Shown here: positions 46,459-56,341 of the stretch, in pieces | Position numbering within the stretch: position 1 is the first letter of the stretch | Layout: every line of letters begins with the position of its first letter | Assembly (NCBI GenBank): GCA_963663035.1 | Contig: OY760074.1 | Location: 1,248,001 to 1,312,000 of the forward strand | Reading direction: 5' to 3' | Length of the DNA stretch: 64,000 nt | DNA from: Acidobacteriota bacterium | GTDB taxonomy: Bacteria; Acidobacteriota; UBA6911; RPQK01; JADFOI01 | Notes under the pieces: generated by a model | Databases searched by the model: none | What the model was told of the DNA's origin: nothing | What the model saw: only the letters and a program-made list of their open reading frames with translations | Made by a program: the position numbers and the translations under genes

Positions 46459-48147
46459 CTAGCGATTCTGCCAGGGTTTTCTTTCGAAGTAGCTTTTGGT
46501 GAGCCTCACCACCACTCCAGACAGGAGAATCAAGGCGATGAGATTGGGAAAGGTGACCATTCCCAGCGCCACGTCTCCCAGGGTCCAAACGGTGGAGAGG
46601 GCAAAAAGAGCGCCCACAAAGTGCATGATCACAAAGACGATTTTATAGGGCAAAATCGCCTTGGGCCCGAACAGATAGTTGGCACACCGGTCCCCGTAGT
46701 AACTCCAGGAGATAGCCGTGGAGATGGCAAAGAGAAGCACGCTCAGCACGACGATGTAACCTCCCCAGGAGCCCAGCGGCGAGAGTCCCCGCTGAAAGGC
46801 CAGGGCCGTTAGGGGAGCTCCGTTTTCAACGGCCGGGCCGTATAAGCTCTGGTAGCGACTCCCATCATCTGCAACGGCAACCTGCTCAGAGGGCCGGATC
46901 TCTCCGCTAAAGAGCCGCTCCTGTTCCTGATCAACAAAGAACTCGTCGACCCTGACGTCATGCCAGGCAAAGCCGGCTTCCGCTGTTACCCTCAGGGGAC
47001 GGCCGGCCTCCACCCGAATGGTCTCGGGGATGGTGTCTCCCTCTGACTCGGCAAGATAGCTGATATCCCCTGAGGCCAAGGGAAACTCGGTTGACACCGT
47101 TTCCGTCCACACTCCGGTGATGAGGATAACCAGTCCGGTCATTGAACAAATGACAAGGGTGTCAATGAAGGGCCCCAGCAAGGCCACCACCCCTTCTGCA
47201 ACCGGTTCATCGGTTTTGGCCGCCGCATGGGCGATGGGGGCTGAACCCTGTCCGGCTTCATTGGAAAAAAGACCCCGCCGCACCCCCCACATCATGGTGA
47301 GGACGAACAGGCCCACTCCCGTGCCCGCCACACCGGCCGTAGGATGAAAGGCCTCTCTAAAGATCAAAGCAAAAGTGGGAATCACTTGATCGTAATTGAA
47401 GCTCAAAATGATGAGGGCACTGAGAACATAAATGACCGCCATGAGTGGTGCCAGTACGCTGGTCACCGTCCCGATGCGGGTGATTCCACCCACAATGACC
47501 AGAAAGACAAGGGTGGCTGCCGCTAGTCCCGTCATCCAGGAGGGAATGCCGAATTCAGTTGAGAGAACGTCCGCCATGGTGTTGGCCTGAATCCCGTTGC
47601 CGGTGAAAAAAGAGGTCACAATCATGGCGCCCGCAAAAAAGACGGCCATGGCTTTCCAGCGGGGGCCCAGTCCCTTCTCAATGTAGTACATGGGACCGCC
47701 GGAAGCGGTTCCAAAGCGGCCTCGACCCGTTGAATCCAGGGCTTCGACGACCCGGTAGTGCATGGCCAGAGTCACTTCCGCGAATTTGGTCACCATCCCC
47801 AGGACCGCCGTCATCCACATCCAGAACAGAGCCCCGGGACCGCCGAAATGAATGGCCAGTGCCACGCCTGCGATGTTGCCAATTCCAACGGTGGCGGACA
47901 GGGCAGTGCTCAAAGCCTGAAAGTGAGGCACATCTCCCGGGCTACTGGGATCGTCGTATTTGCCGGAGGTGAGTGCAAAGCCGTGGCCCAAACGGCGGAA
48001 CTGTATAAAGGCCAGACGAATCGTTAAAAAGAAGCCGGTTCCCAGAAGAGCGATGACGATGATGGGAATCGATCCCCCGCCAATTGTGGGCCCAAAACTC
48101 CAGGTGTAGTATTCCAGGAAGCTGACGATCTGCTGAAAGAACTCCAT
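46459..48147 (-). CDS. Alanine/glycine:cation symporter (AGCS)
   Basis: TVGIGNIAGVA, GGPGALFWMW, GGPMYYI, RRGLFSNEAGQGSAPIAHA. Confidence 0.92.
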   Translation of the reverse strand: MEFFQQIVSFLEYYTWSFGPTIGGGSIPIIVIALLGTGFFLTIRLAFIQFRRLGHGFALTSGKYDDPSSPGDVPHFQALSTALSATVGIGNIAGVALAIHFGGPGALFWMWMTAVLGMVTKFAEVTLAMHYRVVEALDSTGRGRFGTASGGPMYYIEKGLGPRWKAMAVFFAGAMIVTSFFTGNGIQANTMADVLSTEFGIPSWMTGLAAATLVFLVIVGGITRIGTVTSVLAPLMAVIYVLSALIILSFNYDQVIPTFALIFREAFHPTAGVAGTGVGLFVLTMMWGVRRGLFSNEAGQGSAPIAHAAAKTDEPVAEGVVALLGPFIDTLVICSMTGLVILITGVWTETVSTEFPLASGDISYLAESEGDTIPETIRVEAGRPLRVTAEAGFAWHDVRVDEFFVDQEQERLFSGEIRPSEQVAVADDGSRYQSLYGPAVENGAPLTALAFQRGLSPLGSWGGYIVVLSVLLFAISTAISWSYYGDRCANYLFGPKAILPYKIVFVIMHFVGALFALSTVWTLGDVALGMVTFPNLIALILLSGVVVRLTKSYFERKPWQNR

Positions 48148-48187
48148 GGGCGAGGGCATTATAACCTGACGAGCACACGGTCACTAG

Positions 48188-48214
48188 CCCGGATTACGCA
48201 TAGGTTCTTGCGGC
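48188..48214. mobile_element. Solo IS1380/MITE-like end
   Basis: CTAG|CCCGGATTACGCATAGGTTCT resembles the IS1380 TIR and the MITE ends. Confidence 0.6.
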
Positions 48215-48223
48215 AAGGGGAAG

Positions 48224-49576
48224 TCAGGCTGCTTTTTGGAGGGAGGCCTCGGCGCTGAGCCGCCTGTGTTCTCGCACAATTGCCACCACGATGGCGAGCC
48301 AGAGCAGTGTGAAGAGCACGTTGGCGATTGCGTAGCTTTGGATGCCGAAGGCCAGTTGTACACCCACAAACACGACCCCGGCCTGCAACATATCCCCGAC
48401 CCGCCAGAAAAAGGTGTCGATAGCTGCTTTGGCCTTGTACTTGGCCTCCCGGCTGGTCAGCAAAAAGAGGGCGTGCCGGGCGGTGTTATTGATGGAGTAA
48501 TCGGTGCTGTTCTCGAGCATTTTCACCATCCGGATGACGCCCAGGATGGGTGTCGCGATCATCAGGCCGTAGCTGCCCAGTGCCAGGCAGGGCAATATGA
48601 AGAGCGCCCCCCGGACCCCGATGTACTTGAAGATTCGGGAGACCAGGAACAACTGGAATAAGAAGCCCAGCAAATTGACCCAACCATAGAAGTCGCCAAA
48701 GAATTGCCCGATTATCACCTGCTGCTCGGCGATGTCGGCGGTTTGCTGTCCAACTGAAGCGAGCACCACCTTATCCAGAATGAACCCGCCCGTGGTGTTC
48801 ACGACATTGAGGAGCAAGACCGAAATCGCGATCAGAAGCAAATATCGCTCCGAAAAAACGAGCTTGAATCCACCCTCTTTTCCCAACGGTTTCTCAGCAG
48901 TCGCGGCTTTTTCCGGTGTGGCCCTTTCCCGCTCGCGGCGGTGAATTGCTTGGCTGATCACAATACTGGTACCAATACCGGCTGCGGCCACCAGCATAAG
49001 CGAGTAGGGTGCTGTGGCCGGGTCAAATTGACCGAACAGCCAGCTAGCCATCTTCGCCCCCAGCCAGGCGCCTAGCGCGGCTCCGACTCCCACAATAGGA
49101 AACAGCCGCTTGCCCTGTTCCTCTGTAAAGAGATCGTTAGCGAAGGCCCAAATTTGCGCCATCACCAGGAGACTAAAGATGCTGACCCAGATAAAAAAGG
49201 CCGCCCCAACCTGAACTCCGGCCAAACCCAGGAAGTAGAAGATTCCGAGATGAGAGATGAAAAACAGTGTGACCCAGGTGATGAGCCGAATCCGGTTGAC
49301 CCGAGCCGCAAAGCCGCCATAAGCCGGCACCAGGACAAGTAAGATCACCGCCGTCCCAGCGTAGAGGTAAGCTTTGACTTCCGCTCCACCTTCGGTCAGG
49401 ATCAAGGCATCCCGCACGGGCTTAAGAATGTAATAGGAGGCCAGCACCACAAAGACATTCAGCGCGAGAAGCACGACCGTGAGCCCTTCACCCGCTTTCA
49501 CCTGGGTGAAGATCGAAAGGGCACGGTCCAGAAGCCCTTTCCTGCCCTCCGTAATCGGAATTGGTGACGATTCCAT
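48224..49576 (-). CDS. NTT/TLC-family nucleotide (ATP/ADP) transporter
   Basis: YYILKPVRDAL, WAFANDLF..EQGKRLF, DYSINNTAR..LFL....E.KYKAKAAIDTFF.R.GD. Confidence 0.85.
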   Translation of the reverse strand: MESSPIPITEGRKGLLDRALSIFTQVKAGEGLTVVLLALNVFVVLASYYILKPVRDALILTEGGAEVKAYLYAGTAVILLVLVPAYGGFAARVNRIRLITWVTLFFISHLGIFYFLGLAGVQVGAAFFIWVSIFSLLVMAQIWAFANDLFTEEQGKRLFPIVGVGAALGAWLGAKMASWLFGQFDPATAPYSLMLVAAAGIGTSIVISQAIHRRERERATPEKAATAEKPLGKEGGFKLVFSERYLLLIAISVLLLNVVNTTGGFILDKVVLASVGQQTADIAEQQVIIGQFFGDFYGWVNLLGFLFQLFLVSRIFKYIGVRGALFILPCLALGSYGLMIATPILGVIRMVKMLENSTDYSINNTARHALFLLTSREAKYKAKAAIDTFFWRVGDMLQAGVVFVGVQLAFGIQSYAIANVLFTLLWLAIVVAIVREHRRLSAEASLQKAA

Positions 49577-49622
49577 ATTTCCGGGAATTATAACCCGACA
49601 GCCACACAATCGCCAGCCTACG

Positions 49623-49830
49623 CCAGGACTACGCATAAGTTTTCTACTGCAGTGCCGCAATCATCCACGCTGACTGCGTTGTGCGACCCGCAAGCGGGTA
49701 CCCCTTGGGCTCCTCGGCGTACTACATGAGTACGCCTGCGGGGCCCGACCCGCAAGCGGGTACCCCTTGCACGCCTGGTCATCGCGGCGCCTGCGGCACT
49801 TCGTCACGAGAACCTATGCCATAGTACCGG
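49623..49830. mobile_element. MITE (long form)
   Basis: Near-identical to 56616-56760 plus an internal segment bounded by duplicated GACCCGCAAGCGGGTACCCCT. Confidence 0.8.
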
Positions 49831-49874
49831 CCTGTTGACGGCGGCTTCTCCTGTCGGAAATAATGGGGTCCGCT

Positions 49875-50720
49875 ATGGATATTTTCCAAGAGATCGTCCG
49901 GCTGCGCAGTGAAGGCCGCAAAGCCGTCCTGGCCACCGTTGTCCGCTGGCTGGGGAGTACACCGCGCCGCGACAACGCCAAAATGCTTATCCTGGAGGAC
50001 GGCTCGACCATGGGTTCCGTGGGGGGAGGCTCAACGGAGGCAGCGGTGCTGGAGGAAGCTCAAGTTGTTCTGGAGACTGAGCAAGCGTCGCTCAAGAAGT
50101 TCGAGCTCACTCAGCGGGAAGCGGCACAGGATGGACTCATCTGCGGAGGCACCTTGGAAGTCTTCGTAGAACCGATCCTGCCCGATCCCAAGGTGATCCT
50201 CATGGGCGCTGGGCACCTGGGACAGGCCATAGCAAAGGCAGCCCACCGGGTGGGTTTTGCGGTGGCCGTGGTCGATGACCGCGCCTCCTTTGCCAATTCC
50301 GAGCGTTTTCCACAAGCTCAAGAGACGATTGTCGCCCCCTTAGAGGAGAGCCTGGACTCAGTCACTGTCACCAAAAACAGCTTTATCCTCATCGTGACGC
50401 GTGGCCACGGCCACGACCAGGTGGCTCTGGAAGCGGCTGTACAGACACCGGCACGCTATGTGGGCATGGTGGGAAGCCGGCGCAAGATTGGAATCATCGT
50501 CAAAAACCTGCTGGACAAAGGCATTCCTGCGGAGGCTTTTTTTCACCTCTATGCCCCCATCGGATTGGAAATAGGCTCGGAAACACCCCAGGAGATTGCC
50601 GTCAGCGTGGTGGCAGAGCTGATCGCCATTCGCAAGGGGGTCCACCAGCGGAGCAAGAAACAACTCTTTGCCATGAAGCTCATCGAAGAAGCCCGCGCCA
50701 AAGCTCAAGAAGTGGGCTAA
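49875..50720 (+). CDS. xdhC: XdhC/CoxI family molybdoenzyme maturation factor
   Basis: GSTPR...AKM, GSVGGG, CGG.LEVFVEP, YVGMVGSRRK, APIGLEIGSETPQEIAVS. Confidence 0.88.
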   Translation: MDIFQEIVRLRSEGRKAVLATVVRWLGSTPRRDNAKMLILEDGSTMGSVGGGSTEAAVLEEAQVVLETEQASLKKFELTQREAAQDGLICGGTLEVFVEPILPDPKVILMGAGHLGQAIAKAAHRVGFAVAVVDDRASFANSERFPQAQETIVAPLEESLDSVTVTKNSFILIVTRGHGHDQVALEAAVQTPARYVGMVGSRRKIGIIVKNLLDKGIPAEAFFHLYAPIGLEIGSETPQEIAVSVVAELIAIRKGVHQRSKKQLFAMKLIEEARAKAQEVG

Positions 50721-50815
50721 CGCGCTTCGCCTGTCAGCTGTCAGTGGTCAGGGGCCCGCAAGCTAAAGCCTGCGGTTCTGACGGAGCCGTGGGCTTCAGC
50801 CCACGGGCCAGGCTC

Positions 50816-52015
50816 TCAGTTGTTAGCGTCTAGGTAAAGAGCTGTGAATTTCCCGTCCTGAATCTCCAGTGCCGAGGCCTTGCCCCCCTTGTAAAAGCTT
50901 GAGAGCATCCCGCTATCGATCAGAAAGAGTTTTTCCTCAAACCGTGCCTGGATGTGCCCGGGGAGCTGCGGCGTGTGTCCCACCACGAAATGCTTGGCAT
51001 CATAGGCTTCCAGCAGCCGTGCCAGGTGCCTTGCGCCCTCCTCTGTTGACCACTCGGCAAATCCGCGAAACCACAGGGGCCCATCCGGATGTGTGCTGAG
51101 CCAGCTGCCGAGGGTCAGAAACTCTTTCAGGATCGTGACCTGCTCTGGCTCGGGTCGGCCCTCTTTCCTTGCCCGCTCCTCTTGTCGCTCAACTTCTGCC
51201 TGGGCTGTTGAGGTGATCTCATTCAAGTCAAAGAAGGACAGAATCAGCTTTTCTTTCACCATGTACTCGGTATAGTTGTCAAACGCCTCAATCTCCGCTT
51301 GGATTCGCTGGTTGATCTCCTTCAATTTCAAGGAGGCAAGATTGGGATGGATGCCGCCATGAAGGAAAATGGTATCGGCTACCTGCACGACTGCCGGCCG
51401 CTCCCGCAGCCAACGGCCATACTTCCCTTTGGGCTCCATGGCCTTCCGGTATTCCAGAAAGCCGGGCGGGTGGGCCTGCATCCATTGCCTTTCAGACTCT
51501 GAAGTGATCTGGCTTGGCTCGTCCAGGGCCTCGGCCCGCCGTTTGAGTAGTTTCACGTAGTCCTGATAGGCCTCCTGGCGGCGTTTCTCCGACTTTTCGT
51601 CTGCGAAACTGAGATAGGTTTCTGGTGCAACATAGCGCATGTCTCCCTGGAGAATTATCATTTCATGGTTACCCAGCAAAACGATGACCTCTCCGTCACT
51701 TTTGGGCGCCTCCTTTTCCAGTGCCATCAACAGATCCATGACTTGGCGATCTTTGGGTCCACGATCAAGCATGTCCCCCGTCTGCACCAGGGTTGTATCC
51801 CCACCCGTCCAATGGTGCTGGTGGTCAATGATCTCCAATTCCTGAAGAATCGCCACCAGGGAATCGAAGTCACCATGAATGTCGCCCACGGCCAGCAGAC
51901 GGGCTGAAGCGTTTGCTCCCATGGCCGGGGGCAGCAGCAAGACAGCCGAGAGTGCGACCAGCAGGCCTAAGCCAGCGAGTTTTCCGTAAATACGATTGAA
52001 ACGCGTGCCCATCAT
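50816..52015 (-). CDS. Exported PPP-family metallophosphoesterase (Shewanella-like phosphatase type)
   Basis: Signal peptide; GDIHGD, GDMLDRG, LGNHE, HGG, GPLWFRG, VVGHT, IDSG. Confidence 0.88.
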   Translation of the reverse strand: MMGTRFNRIYGKLAGLGLLVALSAVLLLPPAMGANASARLLAVGDIHGDFDSLVAILQELEIIDHQHHWTGGDTTLVQTGDMLDRGPKDRQVMDLLMALEKEAPKSDGEVIVLLGNHEMIILQGDMRYVAPETYLSFADEKSEKRRQEAYQDYVKLLKRRAEALDEPSQITSESERQWMQAHPPGFLEYRKAMEPKGKYGRWLRERPAVVQVADTIFLHGGIHPNLASLKLKEINQRIQAEIEAFDNYTEYMVKEKLILSFFDLNEITSTAQAEVERQEERARKEGRPEPEQVTILKEFLTLGSWLSTHPDGPLWFRGFAEWSTEEGARHLARLLEAYDAKHFVVGHTPQLPGHIQARFEEKLFLIDSGMLSSFYKGGKASALEIQDGKFTALYLDANN

Positions 52016-52081
52016 CGATCTGCTTTCATTCTATCCCAGAAGGAGAGTTTGGAGGGAGAGTTCGGAGGGAGAGCTCGGGGC

Positions 52082-52978
52082 CTATCTCATCGTGTAGAGC
52101 ACTCCGCCTTCGCCGTTTTCGTCGATGAGTTTCTGGATGTGCTCCACCAGCAGGCGCCTTCGCTCCAGCAGGCCACTGAGTTCATAAGGGCGCACATAGT
52201 CCTCGAGTCGCTCCCGGACAAGAGCTTCATCCAGCGTCTGCAGTTTTTCCCACAGCTTCCGATCGACAAAGGTGATCAGCTCCGGATTCTGCAGCTGCTT
52301 CCAGCGCCGAAAGGTTCGACCGTGATCGACCATCCAGATCTTCCAGTCAGAGTCGATCAGAAGGTTGCCTATATTTCGGTCCTCGTTGTAGATGAGATTG
52401 TCGAAAAGATACAAGGTTTGAGTTCGCATCAGCCAACGCCATCGCTGGAGGCCCTCGCTGGGCACCTCAACATTCTCCTTTATGAGGTCCCCTTGCATCC
52501 TGGTGTTCTCAACCCAGATTTGTACCGTGCCCCTGCTGCCCTGGACCCTACGTGCCACGGCGGGGGGGACCGTGTCCATGCCCAGCAGCTTGGCCAGTTC
52601 ATAGGCCGCGCACTCGAAATCAGCGTCATCGCGGAAGAAATATTTGGTCGTGCCGTCAGCCAGTTTCTTCTCGGGGCTTTCTTCATGATTGTCACGAAAG
52701 ATGGCGTGCATCTGGACCCCATCCTTCTCCAGCAAGAGTTGGTAGAAGCTGTTGATTCCCTCTCCGATGCGTCTTCGCGAGACGACCTCGCCTGTTCGCA
52801 AGAACTCCTCGATTTCTTCATTGCTCTGAAAGGGCAGCGGTTGTAGGTCAGCATCCAGCCACACGCTCGAGCTGGCCGTCTGGGCCGGGCTGAGTGATAC
52901 TGCCGAGAGTCCAACCAGCAGCCCGATGACGCAAAGTCCCATGGAGTTTCGAGGAATAAGGTTGAAGAGTTTGGACAT
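52082..52978 (-). CDS. Exported atypical kinase-fold protein (PI3/4K-, HipA- or FAM20-like)
   Basis: Signal peptide ending SPA-Q; IGEG, ECAAYELA.LLG...VPP.V, FDNLIYNEDRNIGN, VDHG. Confidence 0.75.
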   Translation of the reverse strand: MSKLFNLIPRNSMGLCVIGLLVGLSAVSLSPAQTASSSVWLDADLQPLPFQSNEEIEEFLRTGEVVSRRRIGEGINSFYQLLLEKDGVQMHAIFRDNHEESPEKKLADGTTKYFFRDDADFECAAYELAKLLGMDTVPPAVARRVQGSRGTVQIWVENTRMQGDLIKENVEVPSEGLQRWRWLMRTQTLYLFDNLIYNEDRNIGNLLIDSDWKIWMVDHGRTFRRWKQLQNPELITFVDRKLWEKLQTLDEALVRERLEDYVRPYELSGLLERRRLLVEHIQKLIDENGEGGVLYTMR

Positions 52979-53092
52979 ATTCGCCCTCCAGATTTATTCT
53001 AATGCTACGACTTTGAGAGTTCAAAGGCAATAGAAAGTCTGCCAGATGGCCTCAGCGCTGCTCTTCCCTCGACCCTCGGTTCTTTTTTGGAT

Positions 53093-56000
53093 ATGATCCC
53101 GCCCAACAGGGCAACTCAAAAGGGAGGTGAAACCCTGAATCGCTTACTACGGCTTTTCTCCGTACGCTCCCAGGAAGCGCTCCCGGCACTGCTCATGGCT
53201 GTGTACTTCTTCCTGGCTATGGCCTGTGTCAGTATGGTGAAATCCCTACAGATTGCCCTCTATTTGAGCCGGGTGGGCTTTGATTGGCGGCTGCCCTCTC
53301 TGTACACAGTTCTGGTTCTACTCTCCGGTCTGATTGTTCTCCTTTACCGTTACCTGGCTCGCCAATACTCTCATTTGGGCATAGCCCTCAGCACCCTTGT
53401 CTTCTTCATCCTCAGCCTCGTATTTTTTTGGTTCCTGGTGGGAAGGGAGCAATTGTGGGTCTACCTTACCTTTTATATCTGGGGAGGCCTCTTCAGCTTA
53501 CTACTCCCCACCCTGGGTTGGGTGATTGCGCTCGATCTTTACAATACACGAGAGGCCAAACGTCTTTTTGCCCTGTTTGGAACAGGGGGGATTCTAGGCG
53601 GCGCCTGCGGCGGCTATTACATCGCCCTGGTCTCGGGGACGCTCGATGCCAGGTGGCTGTTCATACACGTCCTTGTTACCTTGTTTATTTTGCAAGGAGT
53701 ACTGCTGGCAATCTATCGCGTTAAAGGCAGCCGCTTGCTGCTCAGGCACCCAACCCCCTCCGAGACTCTTCCCTCGCCGACTACCGCCTCTGCCCTGCGC
53801 GACCTCCTGGCATCGCCCTATCTGACCTATCTGGCCGGGATTGTCCTGGTCTCTGCCTTTACCACCACCCTGATTGACTTGCAATATCAGTGGTTCTTAG
53901 AACGACGATACCCGGGTTCGGAGGAACAAATCACCTGGTTTGTGGGGACACTGCTGGGGACCATGTACGTGTTCTCAGCACTTTTTCAGTTGTTTGCCAC
54001 TCGTTCCGTCCTGCGCAATTTTGGTGTTGGTGTGGCCCTGCTGGTCCTTCCTCTGGCCCTTCTGGGCGGGTCAGCGAGTATTGTCATTCTTGCCGGCTTT
54101 GGGGCCGTCGTGACTTTCAAAGGCATCGATGGATTTCTCCGCCCTTCCATCCATCGGACCGGCCTGGAGGTGCTTTATGTACCCATCTCAAGTCCTCAAA
54201 CCGTAACCCTGAAGAGCTTCATTGATCTGGCCGTCTTCCGTTTCGGCGATGCTCTGGGAGCAGCTTTTTTTCTGGCAGCTACCAGTCTGTTTGTCACTCC
54301 GGTGGCAGCCATTCAGACCACAATTCTGCTGGCAGCTCTTGGCTGGGCCTTCCTGGCCCTCCAGCTGGGGAGGCAGTATGTGGAAAGCCTGCGCCAAAGC
54401 CTGGAGGGCAAGTCAGCCCGGCGCCTGCCGCCCTCCCTTTTGTTGGAAGGGGCCGGGGCTCAGATTGCTCTATTAGAGGCACTGGAGAGCCTCAACCCCA
54501 ACAAGGTTCACTTCGCCCTGGAACAACTCGCGGCGGTCAATCCGAGCAGTGAAGAGGGCACAACAACAGAGCTTCCCGTTCATGGGGAAGAGCTTTTGCA
54601 GTCTCAGGTGCCCAGCCTTTACCCGGTCAGTCAGGGATGGTTAGAAACAGTGGAACCCCTGGTCAATCATGTGGATTCCCGAGTGGGCGCTGCTGCTTTT
54701 CACGTGTTAGTGCGTCAGGATCCCACCAAATATTTGGAACGTCTGAAGGAGAAGCTGGAGTCCAAAGGGGTGCCTGAAACAGTGTATTTGCACTACCTGG
54801 ACCTCTATAGCGAGGACCCCGCCAGTTTTATCACGCCTTCTCAGCTGTTGCAGTGGAGCCGGGATGAGCGAGCGGACATGGTTTCTATCCTGGCTCGTTT
54901 GATGGGGAAGATCAAAAGCCCCGCTTTTCTCCCTGTCCTCAGGACGTGGATGAGCGGACTGCCCGGGGAACCGGCACGAGCCGCCATTGAAGCCATCGGG
55001 CAATATGCAGAGCCGCGCCTTCTGGACGCTCTCATCAGTCTTCTGGAACCCAACTGGAGTCGTCCGGCGGCATGTCGGGCCCTCATTCATTATGGCGATG
55101 CGGCCGTTTCACGTCTCCGAGAGCTGCTTCGATACCCGGCAGTTGGACCTTTCATTGCACGGCAAATTCCCTTCATTCTCACCCGCATCAACTCATCATC
55201 CTCACGAGCAGGACTTGTGACAGCCCTTTATTCAGCTGATCCCGCGGTCTCCTACAGTGCCCTCAAGGGTCTGAACAAAATTCGAGACTCCCAGGATCTT
55301 TCCTATACCCAGGGTTCCTTTATGCCGCTGCTGCAAATATGGGCCAAACAGTACTATGAACTGGTGAATATTGAATCTATGGTAAGCAAGAGAGAGGGAA
55401 ACGTCTGGGAACTGCTCCGTAAAACGAACGGTGAGCGAATGGACTGGACAATTGAAAAGATCTTTCGAGGCTTGGAGCTGTTCCTGCCCCGCGGAGATGC
55501 CTATTTTTCCTATCTGGGATACACCAGCAGCAAGCAGGAACTTCGGGAAAACGCCATCGAGCTGATCGATGCCAGGATCAAAGGTGAACTCAGACAGACC
55601 TTACTTCCCATCTTCAGCGGGGACAGTCGGCACGAGCTGGCCCGCACAGGACGTCGGCTGTTTCATCTTCCCTCTGATCGGGACGGAATCGCTCTGGATG
55701 CACTCTCGGACGTGGACTCCTGGCTGCGATGCTGTGTCATGGCCGCCCTGAGAGAGCAGCCCAGCCCGATCCTTGAAAAAGCTGTGCGGATGGCTTGCCA
55801 AGACGTTGATTCTGTGGTTCAAGAGACCGCCCAATGGGTCTTGACAAGCATGGCAACAGCTCCTGCGATACATGATGAGAGGAGATCTATTATGCTGACA
55901 ACAATTGAAAAAGTCCTTCTTCTGCAAGAGGTGGAGCTTTTCAGTTCCGCTTCAACAGATCACCTGGCCCAATTGGCCCAACTCTGTCAGGAAAAGCTGT

Positions 56001-56317
56001 ACAAGGCGGGCGAGAGTTTGTTTCAGAAGGGAGAGCCCCATTCAAAGTTCTTTCTTCTAGTCGAAGGTTCTGTGAGCCTGGATGACCAGGAAAATGAAGA
56101 AACAGTGGGAAAATGCGCGCTGGATTTCTGGTCCTGGGTGGGCCAGACTCCGCACGAGGTGAGCGCCAAATGTGTGGACGATTGTACTGTCTTGCTGCTC
56201 CCCTTTCAGGACCTGGTTGACCTTTTGTGCGGCGAACCGGGTCTGAGCTGGGCGATTCTCCAGTATCTCGCCAAGGCAGGTCGGGTCATGGCCCCAAACT
56301 TTCCTACCGTTGCATAA
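53093..56317 (+). CDS. NTT-family transporter fused to HEAT repeats and a cNMP-binding-like domain
   Basis: N-terminal ~12 TM with YNTREAKRLF and LKSFID..VFRFGD; helical repeats; C-terminal IEKVLLLQEVELFS...LFQKGE; start uncertain. Confidence 0.78.
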   Translation: MIPPNRATQKGGETLNRLLRLFSVRSQEALPALLMAVYFFLAMACVSMVKSLQIALYLSRVGFDWRLPSLYTVLVLLSGLIVLLYRYLARQYSHLGIALSTLVFFILSLVFFWFLVGREQLWVYLTFYIWGGLFSLLLPTLGWVIALDLYNTREAKRLFALFGTGGILGGACGGYYIALVSGTLDARWLFIHVLVTLFILQGVLLAIYRVKGSRLLLRHPTPSETLPSPTTASALRDLLASPYLTYLAGIVLVSAFTTTLIDLQYQWFLERRYPGSEEQITWFVGTLLGTMYVFSALFQLFATRSVLRNFGVGVALLVLPLALLGGSASIVILAGFGAVVTFKGIDGFLRPSIHRTGLEVLYVPISSPQTVTLKSFIDLAVFRFGDALGAAFFLAATSLFVTPVAAIQTTILLAALGWAFLALQLGRQYVESLRQSLEGKSARRLPPSLLLEGAGAQIALLEALESLNPNKVHFALEQLAAVNPSSEEGTTTELPVHGEELLQSQVPSLYPVSQGWLETVEPLVNHVDSRVGAAAFHVLVRQDPTKYLERLKEKLESKGVPETVYLHYLDLYSEDPASFITPSQLLQWSRDERADMVSILARLMGKIKSPAFLPVLRTWMSGLPGEPARAAIEAIGQYAEPRLLDALISLLEPNWSRPAACRALIHYGDAAVSRLRELLRYPAVGPFIARQIPFILTRINSSSSRAGLVTALYSADPAVSYSALKGLNKIRDSQDLSYTQGSFMPLLQIWAKQYYELVNIESMVSKREGNVWELLRKTNGERMDWTIEKIFRGLELFLPRGDAYFSYLGYTSSKQELRENAIELIDARIKGELRQTLLPIFSGDSRHELARTGRRLFHLPSDRDGIALDALSDVDSWLRCCVMAALREQPSPILEKAVRMACQDVDSVVQETAQWVLTSMATAPAIHDERRSIMLTTIEKVLLLQEVELFSSASTDHLAQLAQLCQEKLYKAGESLFQKGEPHSKFFLLVEGSVSLDDQENEETVGKCALDFWSWVGQTPHEVSAKCVDDCTVLLLPFQDLVDLLCGEPGLSWAILQYLAKAGRVMAPNFPTVA

Positions 56318-56341
56318 TCCCAGCTTGTGTATAATGAACCC

